A stretch of 64,000 nucleotides of DNA. Origin: Adineta vaga. Taxonomy: Eukaryota; Animalia; Rotifera. Each line of letters opens with the position of its first letter. Position 1 is the stretch's first letter. A program made the translations under genes and the position numbers. Positions 1-14,596 of this stretch are shown here, piece by piece. A model generated the notes under the pieces. The model ran no database searches. It saw only the letters and a list, made by a program, of their open reading frames with translations, and had not been told where the DNA came from. Where the stretch lies: the NCBI GenBank assembly GCA_021613535.1, contig CP075497.1, forward strand, positions 5,952,001 to 6,016,000, given 5' to 3'.

Positions 1-1137
1 ATTAGCCATTAAATGAAGTTCATTTCGGTGGTTATTGTACATAATTGAGAATGCACGATTTTCCTGAAAAATATGAAAACGGAACATTCGTGAATAGATT
101 GATCAAATTTTTGAATATATACATACATCGGTCTGTTTAATACGACGATTCTTGAGAAGTTGACCAAACGTATTACAACGAAAACCAGATCGTACTTCAT
201 CAATATCTTTGATGTTGTCTGAACAAAATAATGTAAACAAATCTCAATGTATACGACAATGTAAGACGGTATAAAATTATCTTTTTTCTTTATCAGCAAT
301 GATTATTTTTCGTAATAACTTATATTCACTGTTTATGGTTTTCGCTACTTCACCTTTCGGATTGTTACTTTTCGTCGATTTTTTTATCGAGACAGTGATT
401 TCAATTTTACGGCAACTTCTGCTATATCTTCTGAAGATCAGTTTGATCAAAAAAAGAAAAATATAAATCGAGAAGGATCATTTATTGGGTACATTGGGTT
501 AAATTCAAGTTAGATTGTGTTCGAGACGAAGATGTCATATTTGTTTCTATCCATAAGTTTCTTCTCACGTACGTATTTACAAAAAGACAAACGTGTCTTA
601 TATCTAGTAGACGGCAATCAAATAAGTACCAAAAATGTCACATACAAATCTTTTCCTTTCTCATGGGTACGAAAGAAAACTTGACAACAATAAATTAACT
701 GATCAAACAATACCATACACTAATCATTTGCTAGAACATTTAATTCTTAATGATTTTTGCGGAAAAATATATATTAATAACTGACAATTTCAATGAATCT
801 TTGTTTCTCGCTATAACAGTTGAATAGAACTCATCGATTTGGATCAGAAGAATTGATTGCTTAGCTTTTAGCAAATTAAAAAAATTTGTCTGATTCTATG
901 AAAACATTTATTTCATCTACAATAGATCTATTTTCATACATGAGAATATTTCATCGAGTGGAAATTATGAACAGCTTGAGGGTTAAAAGAAATTCATTAG
1001 GCAATCCTTCACAATATTTTTCTATTCTCTTCCGAATATTTTATATCTAATATTTATTAGGCTATCATTGAGACAGTTGGAATGTATCTAATACCTACTT
1101 AAACGTTCGACATGTCAAGTTATTCTGTATTACTTAC

Positions 1138-1312
1138 ATATATGAGGATGTCCAAAGATTCGACGTGATTTTTCATATGATATAAAGTCTTCATCTTCAC
1201 TGAGGAAAAATCGACGAGAATATTTCTTTCCATTGATTTTTCGTTTAATTAAAATAACGCCCGATTTTAATTGAGTTAAATGATCTACAATGTGCTTTTC
1301 GTCGTTGTTCAT
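1138..1312 (-). CDS. First coding exon of a phospholipase C-like protein (N-terminal PH domain); gene continues beyond the left edge
   Basis: MNNDEKHIVDHLTQLKSGVILIKRKINGKKYSRRFFLSEDEDFISYEKSRR resembles the start of PLC-family PH domains (L..G..L.K....K.Y.R.F.L..D...I.Y). Ends at a GTAAGT donor at 1137. Confidence 0.55.
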
Positions 1313-2203
1313 AGACGCAGTTGTTCTTTTTCTACAATAATACTCGTATTGTGCTTTCCTGATTAGAGAAAGAATGAGAAGAAAAAAAACAGAACCTATT
1401 GTAATAATCAGTTGATCATCATCGCCAATCACGTATCGTTCGTTAATAAGCTGTACTTTTACCTTTGTATAGATGATTATAAAAAATAGAATCGCGACAA
1501 TCAGAATTTTCTTTGTCAATTTTCTTAAAACAAATGTCTACCAAGCTTTTCTCGTTTATGTTATGGAAAAATAACTGAAGAATAATGTCGCAGAAATGCA
1601 AACTATTCTTCAGAAACAAAAAACCTAATTCTTTTCTTTTCTTTGCTGTTCTCTGTCAATATTACTCGCAAGCATCAATTTATTTAATGAAATTTATTTA
1701 GACAAGATATTTGATATTCTATTCACGAAATTTTACTATGTTAAGAAATTAGAAATACACTAAGGAATTATATATATATATATTTCCATCATGAAATCTT
1801 CCTATATCATCGGATGATTGTTATCTATCTAATAAAAAGAAAGGTATCTTTTATAATGCTTATTATTTGTCATTATTCAGAAAAGATTAGCATATCAATA
1901 GTACAAAACAATGAATTGAGGAATTAATCATTACACAATTGTTTAAATAAATCAGCTTTCAATCTTCAATTGTTAATGAATAGGAAAAAAAATATTTAGG
2001 TAAATATTGAGTTTTATTTGTATACAAATCTCAATAGGAAAAGCATTGTCCTAGGAGACAAAAACCTTTTTTTCATATTTACATTGAAAGCAATGAATTA
2101 AAGTTAACAATCAAAATAAAAGCCTATAATATGTCTACAATGTTCTTTAAAACAACCATTCTGTTTAGGCACATGATGCGTTCAATCGTACTACTTTTAT
2201 TTT

Positions 2204-4246
2204 TTATACACATCGTTGAGGAATAGAAAAATATCGTTGTGGTAATACTGTACAATGTTTAGAATCAAATATAATTAAATATTGATCAATTAAAAAAATA
2301 GCAAAACATTTTCGTTTTTCAAGGGAAAAAGATTCACCTAAACAAGGAAAAAACAAACAATGAAATTGTATATTTATACTTATTTTCAATTCGATACAAA
2401 CCAAATTTACATGGATAAAATGCAATAGGATTGTCTGACTGATATTCATCAATTTCAATTTGTAAATTATCTGAACAATAGATATCAATTAATATTTGTC
2501 GTTGTTTTCTATTCGATAAAAGATATTGTTGTAAAAGTGATAGTGTTTCATCGCCAGTCTTATAGATACAAGGATAACGATATGGTAAAATTTCAAGTAG
2601 GATTGTATTCACGCGATTTGTTTCTGGTTGATTTGGAATAAGATTCATTATTTCATCGTAGGTACGACGAATAAGATAGAATGGACCATGATACGATTGA
2701 AGAAGTTGAATGTTGTTCAGATTAAAATAATATCGGATAGTTGTTTGAACAAGTTTGGTTGTGAATAATGGCATCTGACGTTGGACTAATGGGAGAATAT
2801 CATCAAATATAGCGTCAAGTATAAGACCACGAATATTTTGATAATTTACTGCTGTCCAACATGCGGAATAACCACCTATTGACCAAGCATATAAAAGGAT
2901 TTGATCGATAGGAAATTGAAGTTCTTCAGTAACATAACGCATGATACTATCAATTGCATTTATTTCTGAAAGTACACTTGGACAACCCTAAAGAATAACA
3001 ATTTTGATTGATATCTATAGAGATTGGAATGTGTATTTGAGAGAGAGAGAAAGAGGATCAACGAACAAATTGCAATCAAGAAAATCGTCTTATATAATAC
3101 AAATCTATACTCTTTATGTTCATGAAAGATACATATATGTAACTCACCGAACTTTCACCAAATCCTGGTCTATTCCATCCAAATACTGAATAATTGCTTC
3201 TAATTGCTGTCATCATGCAACCTACTTCATAGAAACCTGCATTACCTTCACATGTAATCACTAATATTTGACCCGTATTTGATGGACGACGATCAAGAAA
3301 AATTGTGTCGATATGATTTCCATCGGCTGTTCGTAAGAGACAACGTTTACCACGATAAGATACTATTAAATTTATTCTACCATCAAGTAAATGACGATGT
3401 CTAGTATAACGAATAATCTGTAAACTTCCAGGAAAGATCAAACGACGACCAATTATAGTAATACCGATATAACCAAGTAAAAGAATCAGACGATGAAAGA
3501 TTCGTTCAATTAATGTCAATTTGACTTCTGTAATAGACACTTTAGGTAACTGATGAACAACTGATGAATCAATGATATAATCTGGTTTCCAGTGTAAAAG
3601 AGAGAAATCATATTTCGATAGGAAATTCTATTAAAGAAAGCATTTAAAATAAAAAACACTGTTTCATTTTTCTTTATACGTAAAAATACTTGTCGTATTT
3701 CTCTTGTTGAATTCATTTTTACTTGTAAAAATTCTCTCGCAAAATTCTCATACGATGGATTTATATACCGACTGTATCCTATAATAGCAATATCAATACT
3801 TTCATCAGATTATAATTATCAAGGAAATCAACAGACCACGTATTAACATAAAATACATCGCTATAATTGTAAGACAAATAACATGTCCAAGAAATGATAT
3901 TCCATTGTCATAAATTAAAGCATCATTTTGATAATAATACCATAAACACAATGGCCAAACAACTCGAAATATTCCAAAGCATAGTTTTAGCTAAATAAAA
4001 TTTCATGAAAATTTTAAAAGACAATCAAAAACAAATAAACATCTTACGCAAAGAAGAACACTATCACTAACAATTTCTGCGAGATTTTTTATGTAAAGAT
4101 GAGTAAACTAGATTATATGAAATAGAAAATGTCATAAAAATTTCATTGATCTATACTTGCTGATCCTGCGGAAGTAGATTTGGATATGTTTGATAGAGTT
4201 TTGGACCAACAACACATTGCCAGAATACTGAAGATGATTGTATCAT
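2204..4246 (-). CDS. ABHD16A: ABHD16A/BAT5-like alpha/beta hydrolase (phosphatidylserine lipase family), multi-exon
   Basis: N-terminal FWQCVVGPKLY, ITCEGNAGFYEVG, GWNRPGFGES, nucleophile elbow YAWSIGG and C-terminal FDSKHCTVLP all match ABHD16A hallmarks. Confidence 0.9.
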
Positions 4247-4561
4247 CCTTGAAAAGGAAACGTTCAAGGACAATAGAAAAGTAGTATATATTCAATAAAG
4301 GTTATCTGAGTACTCAAGTATAGATACAGTTGTTATAGGCGTTCGTTTACTTACTTGCTAAGGCAATTCAAACAAAAATAAGAAGATGGCGCTGTGACAC
4401 AGAATAAACGAAAATTTCGTTTTTCGATTCATATGAAATTTGTTTACTCATTTTTTTTTCTCTATATATTATTCAAATTATTTTATTAGAATAAAGTTTA
4501 ATTTTGAATAAATAACATTAGCACACACGGATACAAGAAAGGCAAGAATTACTCATAATCG

Positions 4562-5624
4562 TTAAATTTTTCTATTAAGTGGTATTCCAAGTTGCGAAGC
4601 AGCCATACTCATACGCCTCATTCGACTAACTTTTTCTTCAAATTCTTGTTCATGTTCATCTTTTTCTAAACAAACTGATACTATACGATATGTTTGAAAA
4701 ACCAAAATAAGAAAATTTTTAAATGTAAAAAAATACGTTAGAAACGAACGAACATGATAAACAATAATAGCTGTTAAACGAACACCAAAAAATGGGCCAT
4801 CTTGTAAAGCTAAGGTGACGAGAATGGACCAGATTTCTGAACGAATAAATTTTGATGATCGACTTTGAACGAAAAATTTTACACTTTCACTAACAGATTT
4901 CTTTCGTGGTGATTTTTTAAGACGAGAAGAATTTTGATAGGATGACGATTGAAGAGAACTCAATGAGACAGTCGATGGACGAGGATTTAATAATCGTTGT
5001 TCTAAATATAGGAAACGATATATTCAACGAGAAAAATCGTTTTTTCCTACCTAAATTTCTCGGTATTAGTTGTAATTCTTTTCTATTTGTCGCTTCTATA
5101 TTTTTAAAAATTGTATCCGGTGGACTGATACTTATTGCTGTTGTCACTGGTCGCATACGAATCATTTGTGGATTACTGATTGTTGCTGATCGAGTTGTTG
5201 GCGTCGATTGTGTTCGTGATAGAATTTTTGATAAAAATTGTCGATGTCGCGGTTGGGATTTCGCTATTGTTGATATTGATGTTTGGGATGGTGCAGATTG
5301 ATGTATTTCAATTTCTGTTTGATCAAATTCGGCACGAAATGATCGACCACGTGTAGCTGTTAAATTCAATGCAAATTGAAACATACACAAAGAAAAAACT
5401 GTTAAAACTAAATAAACCATTGATAGACTCGATTGAATTTCGTGTTCATTAAATAACGTTAATAAATCTAATATATCCGATGCAAGTGATAAATAAACAA
5501 GTAATAATTGAGATAGAGCACTATGAGATATATCTCCTTTAGGTAAAATCCATCGTCCAAGAATAATAATAAACATAAAAGTTATTTCAACAATCATAGC
5601 ATCTTCAACGCCCCATTCTTGAAT
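4562..5624 (-). CDS. TMEM26-like alternative 3' half (isoform B), two exons 5624-5051 and 5001-4562
   Basis: Paralogous GRWILPKGDISHSALSQLLLVYLSLASDILDL...QDGPFFGVR...FFTFKN. Phase-0 acceptor at 5625. A 49-bp intron (5002-5050) restores frame. There is no room for its own 5' exons. Confidence 0.75.
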
Positions 5625-5737
5625 CTAAATACATAGAATACTCTTAACATACATAATAGATCGATGCATATATACAAGACATTTATAAATATTAATAGAA
5701 TGAAGTTCATGCAATTGGTAAAAACACTGAAATCATG

Positions 5738-7610
5738 CTAAATAAGCTGGGTATCGAGTGATTCTTTTAAAGGTTCAATACGTTGTGTCATGGGTGATGA
5801 ATCTTTATCAACTGGATTTTCTTGATCAACATGTTCCATACAAATTGACCATAAACGATAAAATTGTAAAAATAGAATAAAAAGATTTTTACACGTGAAA
5901 AATATTGTTGTATATGATTGAACTTCAAAATGAACGACAGCAATAATACGAAGTATAAGAAAAGGTAAATCTTGCATGAGAATAGTTATAAATATCGATG
6001 GAAGTTCACTACTACATATTTTTAGACACACGATTGGAACTAATTGAGATTCATTACGACGTATTGATTCTTTTGGAATCGTTGGAATATCTAGACTAGG
6101 TGGATCAGGTTCAGCACGAAAATTTCTTCCACGTGTCGCAACAAGATTAAGACTGAATTGAAATGTTGACCAAGAAAACACCGCAAGAATTGAATAAACC
6201 ATTTTTGTATTACTAATCACTTTATCTTCTTGAAAAATTGATAATAAATCAATCATATCTGATGCTAATGACAAATAAACAAGCAATAATTGTGATAAAG
6301 CTGATCGACTTATTTTCCCTTTTGGTAACAACCAACGACCGACAATAATTGACATTAGAAAGGTTACTTCAATTGCTACTACCCAATCATCAGCTGATAA
6401 GTTAGGTAATTTCTAAAACATGCAAAATTCTAATCAAATTTCAAAACACATGCACATTCAATTTCAGTTTTCATATTCTAATGAAAGTCTTTATTTTCTG
6501 GAATGTTTTCTGTGACATTCTTTTTCATACTTGTTAACGACCTTGTTTAGATGAAATATGGCACATTTCCTGAAAGGTTTAATTATAGGACTGAATGATT
6601 GATTAGTAATTTATACATTCGAGAAAAACAATGTTTATTTAAAATCTACTTTCTGACTTGTTTACTTAGGGAAAGTTTTCACTGAAATATATCAGTACGA
6701 GAAATCTGTTCGCTTTTCTTTTTTCAAAATGATAAATATCATCATCACAGTTTTACGTGTATGTCGAACCGGAACTATTTTCCTTTGACATACTCCAGAA
6801 TCGGAAATCGATTTACGACAGATTTTTCTTTCTTATTCAAATCTTTTAACTTTCATCGAGGAAGAAAAACATATTATCGTCTACTTTAGTGCATGGGATA
6901 ATGATGCATGGCAATTCTCTCAATGATTAATGAAACCATTGAAATAAAAATATTATCAAGTCATCATCATTCTCATGCATCATGCAATGCTTTCTTTTTT
7001 CATTTGCTCACCTTTCGCATTACTAAATCCTACATAATTTATATGTGTATGGGAATAATAAGAAAAAGAAACTTCAAGAAAACAAACCGTTTTATCGTTA
7101 AGATTGGTTTTGGATATAAGACCTTTTTCAATCATTGATGTTAATTCATCTCCTTCGGTTTGATTCATTGGTGCTATACCAAGTTTAATATTTATACGAT
7201 TGATTTCAAGAAACCAAATAGGTGGAATCATCGTACATATATAAAGAAAAAAACAAGGTGAAAACCTGAAAAATAAAGTTAGAAAACTTCCATTCTTTTC
7301 TCTTCGTTTTAATTAATTTTACCATTTGGGTTCTTTTCCTAAACAAAACAAATGAGTACATCTTTCAGTTCAAATGAAATTCGAACGAACCTTTGCGTTT
7401 AACAATTGTAATAATCAATTCAATGAGTAGAAAATTAACTCCACACATATTCAATAAATACCAATAATCACCTTTTGTTATCACAATTCTTGCGATTGCT
7501 ATCGTTGCATGAAGTGCAAAAATAAGACGCATTAGAATCGCTTTTAATATATCAAACGAATGGCATATCCATCGACCACATTCACGTAAGGTTTCTTCCG
7601 TTTTCGACAT
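5738..7610 (-). CDS. TMEM26: TMEM26-like multipass membrane protein, isoform A (shared 5' exons plus terminal exon 6412-5738)
   Basis: KAILMRLIFALHA, FSPCFFLYICTMIPPIWFLE, GRWLLPKGKISRSALSQLLLVYLSLASDMIDL, QDLPFLILR and FFTCKN are TMEM26-family motifs. Phase-0 donor at 7087 and phase-0 acceptor at 6413. Confidence 0.85.
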
Positions 7611-8229
7611 AATAGAAACTGAAAATGATAATTGTTTTATTGTAAAGTTTAGAAACTAGAGAACGTAGTAATCGTTCGTGTAAAAATATCAACAATACGT
7701 CAACAAACAAGAGATTAATAATAAAGCATTGAGACCATAAATCGATCTCTTTTGTCTCTTCCTGCGAGAAGGACGTACCAGAAAGAGAGAGAGAGAGACT
7801 AATTACTTGGAATGTCAAACTATGTGAAAAGGACGACAAAAAAACTAATACTTCAAACAAAACTCAACAGACAAAGAAGACGAAGACGAAGAAAAAAAGA
7901 TCAATTATTATTTTTGAATCCCTTGACTCCACGAGTGAAGTACAAAATATATCTTAACATGTGAGCAATAATAGAGCTTCTGGTTACAATCATTTGTTCA
8001 TTTTTTATTTCTAGCATTCAGTTCTAGACGAGTTATTCTAATCAATAATAACAAACTGTAACTATTTGACATGTTCGAGAGAAAAAAAACAATGGAACAC
8101 GTAGATGGTCGCTTTTCAATATCCATAGAGCAGTTATGTGTATTATTGACAATCAATTAAGATAACAAATCGACATTAGGATGTTTTATATACGAAATAA
8201 CACAAAATCAATGAGGAAAAAAAGAGAGT

Positions 8230-10715
8230 TTAGTTTAATGAACGTATTGAATAACCATATACAAGAGATGATTGAGAATTTTGTTGTTGGACAGGACGTT
8301 TTCTTCCTCGCGAATAACTTGCTCCAGGTGAACGATAATTCGATTGTCGAGTTGAACCCTTATTAGACGTTGTTTGAGAACGATGAAATCTATATCTTGA
8401 ACTTGCACGACTATATCGAGATTCTGTTAATGAACAACAATCTCCACCATTTAATCTATCTGGCGATGTTCCCGTTAAATGATTACATCCACATGTTTGT
8501 CTATATATAAAACAAGACAGAATTTATTTATATTTTTATTAGAACTGACAATCCAGGGTAAAAGAATATTCTTTTCTTTGTTTATATTCACAAGTCTATT
8601 ATCTACGATTACTGATCATGTAAATATAAGCATCGAATTGATTTTCGTTTTTCATTACCTGCATCGAAAACAAAAATTTGTTTCAAATAACCAATAAATA
8701 AGTGGATTCGCTAATGAATTCATATAACATAATGATGATGTTACTCGAATAAGAAAATAGTTTTGAATCAAATCGAGTGTATTCATAATCATTAGAAAAA
8801 AATATGGCGACCAACATGCCGTAAATGCTAAAATAACACAAAATATGTTAATCTTTTCAAAGGTTAAAATTTCACATATCCGAAGATACTATCTCATTCG
8901 AAAGAATTTTGTTTATCATGATTAGATCTAAGTTACAGCTGTTTGAAAAATTCTCTTTCTCCATAAGTTACTCTTACGATTATTGCATTTCTGAGAAATA
9001 ATCTATCCTATGGGAAATTCTCGAAAAATTAACCTTGTATTTAGTAGAAGCAAGAAATGCATAATTTGTAATCTCTCAAGTAACATCTATACTACAAAGA
9101 AAGTTGACTAACCGATAACAATGACTAATGTCATTTTAACTGTTTTTATTTTTGCTCGAGGTATAACTCCAAGTGATCGTACATTACGAATGCTTGATTC
9201 CATTTGATGATTATCTAAAATTTATTAATTTAAATGCCTGAAATTTATATGAATAAAGAAAGATTCAAACCATTCGTGTGTGATCGTTTCAACGAGACTA
9301 ATCGACGAAATCTTGATCGATCCGTTGTTTCAGATTTGCTATGTAAGGAACTTTTTTTCCATATTATTATAATTATAATCACATAGGAAACAGTCATGAT
9401 AAATAACGGAAAAAGATAGAGAGAAATAAAAAGAAAATAAACATAAGCCTAAATAAGAAAACAACAATTTCTTCATAAAGATTCTTTGCTTTGTTCAATT
9501 TATGAACATTACATTCCAATTTACACCATGAGATCGATTTCCGCATATTGGCATATCACGTATTAATTCAATATCTCGTAGATAAAGTTGAGCAGATGCA
9601 AATGTCATTGCTATCACCCATGATGCTAGAAGAGATTTCAAGATAAAATTCAATAATCAACAATTGAAATATCTTTACCAACAATCATGGAATACCGAAA
9701 TGCTAAAACATATCAAATGAAGAAAATAATCTCTATGAAAATAGAAAAAGACAATGAAAATTTACTTGAAGATGCTGTTCGAACATCCATTGGTCGAATG
9801 ATTGCATAGAGCCGATCGATTGAAACACAAACAAGTACATAACTAGATTGTGATAAGTTTATAAAATAGGAAAACAAAGAGAAAAGTTCTTTACCATGAA
9901 TTGTAGGCTATTGTTCCCTAAAAAAAACAAAATAACAATTAGTTTTCGAATCGATCAATAATTTCTTTTCTCGTTCGAATTCTCCTTGGAATATTCTTAT
10001 CTGTGAGATGAATTTTAATACACGAAACCAAAACATACTTGTATGAAACTTGTTAATCGACAACCGAGAGATCCCAATCCAAATGGAATACAACTTTTTT
10101 CAATTATATCACGTGTAACAATGATAATTCCAACAAATAAATCTAAATTCAAATACTTTTGTTTTTCTATAAATTCTCTTTTGTCGATAATTAATTATTT
10201 CTATATAGCAGAAAAAGCAATGTCCATCTCTGTTTTCTCTTTACAGATCTATAATTATATTCATGATTATACCAATCGTACATATATATATATAAGAATA
10301 AGTTCGGAAAAATAAAATAGGTCAACATACCCGCATAAGCAAGATTTAATAAGAAAAAATTCATTCGAGTTCGACGTTTTTTTGAACAAGTTAAATGGAA
10401 AATAACCGAAATATTTGCCGAAACAATCAAGACAAATATAATACATAGGAAAACGATGAGCTAAAAAAGAATAATTTAATCAAGATTTTTTCACGCTTTT
10501 CTGTCTGTAACTGTGAAGAAAATCTTCTCTCAAGGGTATAACAAGCAAAGATGGATGAATATATTTATTTGAATTGATAATCATGACAACAAACTTACAT
10601 GAAAATTTTTACATACATCATCTAAAGATGAGCACCATTTGTTGTTATATTTTCGTCCATTAAGAGAGTTCCCGTCGGAACTGTTCTGTTATACAATCGA
10701 TGTGTTTCATTCATT
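8230..10715 (-). CDS. Rhodopsin-family neuropeptide GPCR, CCAP/neuropeptide-S/vasopressin-receptor group (start uncertain)
   Basis: RTRMNFFLLNLAYADLFVG (TM2), SSYVLVCVSIDRLYAI (TM3), GVIPRAKIKTVKMTLVIV (ICL3/TM6, typical of CCAP-R/NPSR), CWSPYF and NSLANPLIY (TM7). Confidence 0.85.
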
Positions 10716-11663
10716 GTTAGCAATGGTTAATATAAGCATTGTCATATGTGCTTGACACTCGTCAGTTGTAATAAAGCAATCTAGAAAGGAACTAAAATAA
10801 GAATAGAAAAAACATCGAAGATTACAAGAAAGAAGAAAAGAAGTTTTAAGAGTTACTTCAGATAAATCATGATTTATCTATTGATATATGTATATGTTTA
10901 CTTATCTTGAACGTTTGAGTGATGATCATTTCCTGAACAATCCTTCTTTATTCTTTTGTCAATGTTTCTGTTCGAAGAAAGAGATTTCTGTTTTTATTGC
11001 ATAGTTTCTATTAATTGAAGGTAACACACTAAAGAAAGAGAAAAAAGGATTTCTGAAGTCGAATATACGGAAATGAGATAGAGATACAATCTCCGCATAA
11101 CAATAGTAGCATGATGATTTTATGTATGTTTTCTTTTTTCTTTCGATTGTCTATAATTGTCCTACTAACTTCTTGATAAGAAGATGAAGATAATATTCTA
11201 GTTTGGATGCGTAAAGAAATAAGCAGATAAACTTGTTTTTCTTTGTCTTCTATCGATGAAATGTCAATAGAGAAACAACAGTACGATATGTGACATATCT
11301 GAAAATGCCGAGGTGACAATCCTATACTTAAACACTTATTACGAAAAATGATCTGAACCGAAACGCGATTATTTCTTACCCATATGATTATCTAGATTAA
11401 TGTAAATGAATAAATGTTCTTTTTTTCCCGTTTTCTCTTTAATCGGTTCTCTTCTTCGTTCTTTGTCAAATCTATTTCTTTTAGATCGAGTCACGAATTC
11501 GTGCTAACAACACATACTTAACTAATACACAATACGAACAACAATATAAATTCTGTTTCTACGCGTATTGAATTTTAGTACGCTTATTCTCAGAACGTTC
11601 GAGTAGTAATGACGAATATGTGTGTGTATGCATGTTCTGTTTTTTTCTTCTCTTGTTCTATCC

Positions 11664-11701
<38 letters not shown>

Positions 11702-11702
11702 A
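11664..11702. repeat. (ATCT)n tetranucleotide microsatellite
   Basis: About nine perfect ATCT units visible directly. Confidence 0.95.
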
Positions 11703-13067
11703 AGATAATCAAAGGAAACAACAGAAACTTGTATCTGTTCTAACATTAAAGTCTAAGACAAGTATCAACACTGATAATTTTGTCGTCTATTGCAAATGGT
11801 AACAGTTATTCTGTGAAATGAATCGTTTATATAACTACCAGATGACATTTCTCAATTATTTTATTATGCGACATATATATCTACTAGAAAGAGAGAGAGA
11901 GAGAGTTGCTGATGATTTAAGAAAGATGTTTCTTTGTTTTTCTATTTCGTAGATTAGTTGCTGAAAAGAAGAATAACAATCTTAATGTATTAATGATGAA
12001 TGTGCAATTGATTTGTTTGCTGGAATGTTGTAAGAGCTTGTCGTAAATAGATATTTAGTGCTAAAATTGGTAAAGCACAAAGTAAAAGAAGAATTAGACT
12101 ATAGATTAGGAAACATGTTGATGATATTGGATCAAAATATTCAATAGTAGGAATAATAATTGTCGAGATTTTTTCATTCGAAGTTTGTTTTGAACGATCC
12201 TCACGAGATTTAATACCGAAAAGTGTATGTTGAAAACTATATACAGATGAAATATATTGAATTTCATCATTCGTATCTCAACTTACTTTGGAAAATTTGT
12301 CGATCGATGCATTTGATTATATTCGATAGGTCCCAAAATGGGCCACATAGTATTCAATCACAATATACAATAAAGAATATGATCATATTTTCTAGCTAAA
12401 TTTTCTTTTTCTTTATTTGATCAAATTGCGGGAAAAAAATTTATTGTTTTCCATTCAAAGTGCTAAAAAGATTCGAGCAATACTGGAAGCTTTCGTTAGT
12501 TTTTCTCTGTTTGAAATTATCGTTTTGTTTTCATTGCATATATGTCTCACATTATTTTGTTGGTTTTTCTTCTCCGAAGAAAGTAAAAAAGAATCGACAA
12601 ATAAGAACAGAGAAAAATGTCCTTCAATTCGAAATACGTCACTGAGTACATGCAGCCTACTCATCACCTTCATTTTTAACATGAATCACAGTTTCGATGG
12701 TATTTTCCCGTTTTATTTTTAGCGATCATATTTCATTGAAAGAGATTTCTTCTATGATGCCAATCAAAAATGATGGATACTCTTACAGATAAACTATCCA
12801 ATTTACACATTATTTAATAACATACGTATTTTTTTCTACTACTAAGAAAACAATCATGCTGCTTAGTTGTCCTTCGTTTCATACACATCTAACGTTTTCA
12901 TTACAATTACAAATGGAGCTTTTTCACCTGGTTTTTTCCAAGTCGGAAAGGCGGCTTTTTCCAAGTGAATCACATATAATAAGAACAACATGTAAAAAAT
13001 CAATGATTATTTATCATCTATACATTCTCACAGACGATATATCAAAGTATTAATAATTTATTACAAG

Positions 13068-14596
13068 ATGATGACAGATAATGGATCAATATCGATGATA
13101 GTTCATTGGAAAAAACAGAGTAGATCGATTGACATCAAAACTACTGATAATATTAGTGCTATTGAAAAAGTAATTGTAGAAGCCTTCGAATTAAATCAAA
13201 ATACAAGTCTTTCAAAATATCAAATTCAATTCTATGATAGTAATTATCAAACATATATGGATCTCTATCCTAAAATATTACCTTCATTTCAAGCAATTCT
13301 ATGTAAACTTTTATCACAAGATGCACCAGCTCGATCAGATAAAGCTTGGTCTCTACGAATTGTTTCTAAAATCGATCAAGCTATAGGTAAGTAGCATCAT
13401 TTTAATACTTTTCTTAGTTGTCTTTCTACATGTATAGATCAATCATTCCATGGATCGATTACTGATGATACATATACATATCAACAAGTAAATGATTCAA
13501 CACAAATACCTGCAAATGAAGAATTATCACTTTCAATTTGTAATTCAACAAATGATCTTCCATCTGTTCGTTCATTGAGTGAAACAAGTAAACTTTGTTT
13601 TCTTCATTTTTCTCATAAATAGTTTTAGACGTTATTACTTAGTATCTAGCATTCCACACAATTTATCTAGAAATAGGGAAGAAAACACATCTGAACATCC
13701 ATATCGATTTCGTTTTCAATCTCATCTTGGAGATGACCAACGAAAACAATACGAAAGTGAAATGATTCGTACAGATTCTTCGAAGTAAGTTATTTATTTG
13801 TTTCTCTACTTCAAATTATCGATTCACATCTATTTTAGTAATAAAACATCACTTGCCGGTGTTCTTCTATGTACAAAAACAAATTCGCATCCAATTCTTC
13901 TTGTAATAAATTCTGATTATGATACAAGAATTCAATAGTTTAATAATCTTTTTAGTTTCACATTCCAGCTGAAGAAATTAATCTTGCTTGGTCCATTGAT
14001 ATTTATATATTGACTGAAGCGGATGATAATGGTACTCATTATTTACATGCATCAAAAGGTATTTTTCGGCATGATCCAAAATCTTCAGAGGATGCTAGTT
14101 GCAGTCAAACGGGTAAAATAGTAAATCCACATAATATTAAATTAAATTCCAATGATCTTCGAGATGGCAAATATGAGTAAATAAGTTTCATTTTTCTGAA
14201 TATAATCGATAATTTTTATTTTCGATCGGAAAATTAGGATGCATATCAAAGTATGCAATATTAGAGGTCAAAATACATTACGAAAAGAAATATTAAAAGA
14301 ATTTCCTGGATCAAAAAAGACGAATACTGTCTCACAAAGAACGACGAATAATTTACGATTTGATAGTGAGAAATATCATGTTGGATGTGTTCTTGTTCAG
14401 GAAGAAAAACCATGTGACCACTGTATATCTAGTTCAACGTTGCTAGTAAGTGAAATATTTGGAATAAATCAATATGTGTAATTAGGAATCCTTTTTTTTT
14501 CTAGTTCGAAAACGAAATGATACTGATAGATCAAGAGAAGAAGAAGACAAAAATCATGGAAATTCAGAAGGCAAAAAAATACGAAAATGTGTCTAA
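13068..14596 (+). CDS. Uncharacterised protein: N-terminal ubiquitin-like/PB1-like module plus C-terminal divergent Rel-homology-like domain (last exon frame uncertain; stop at 14596 or about 14657)
   Basis: Spliceable multi-exon ORF with GT-AG introns. The N-terminus ISMIVHWKKQSRSIDI...YQIQFYD...YMDL has a beta-grasp pattern. The C-terminus FRFQSHLGDDQRKQYESE...WSIDIYILT...HYLH...NPHNIKL...KYHVGCVL...ISSSTL aligns by eye with the C-terminus of the gene at 37519. Confidence 0.6.
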
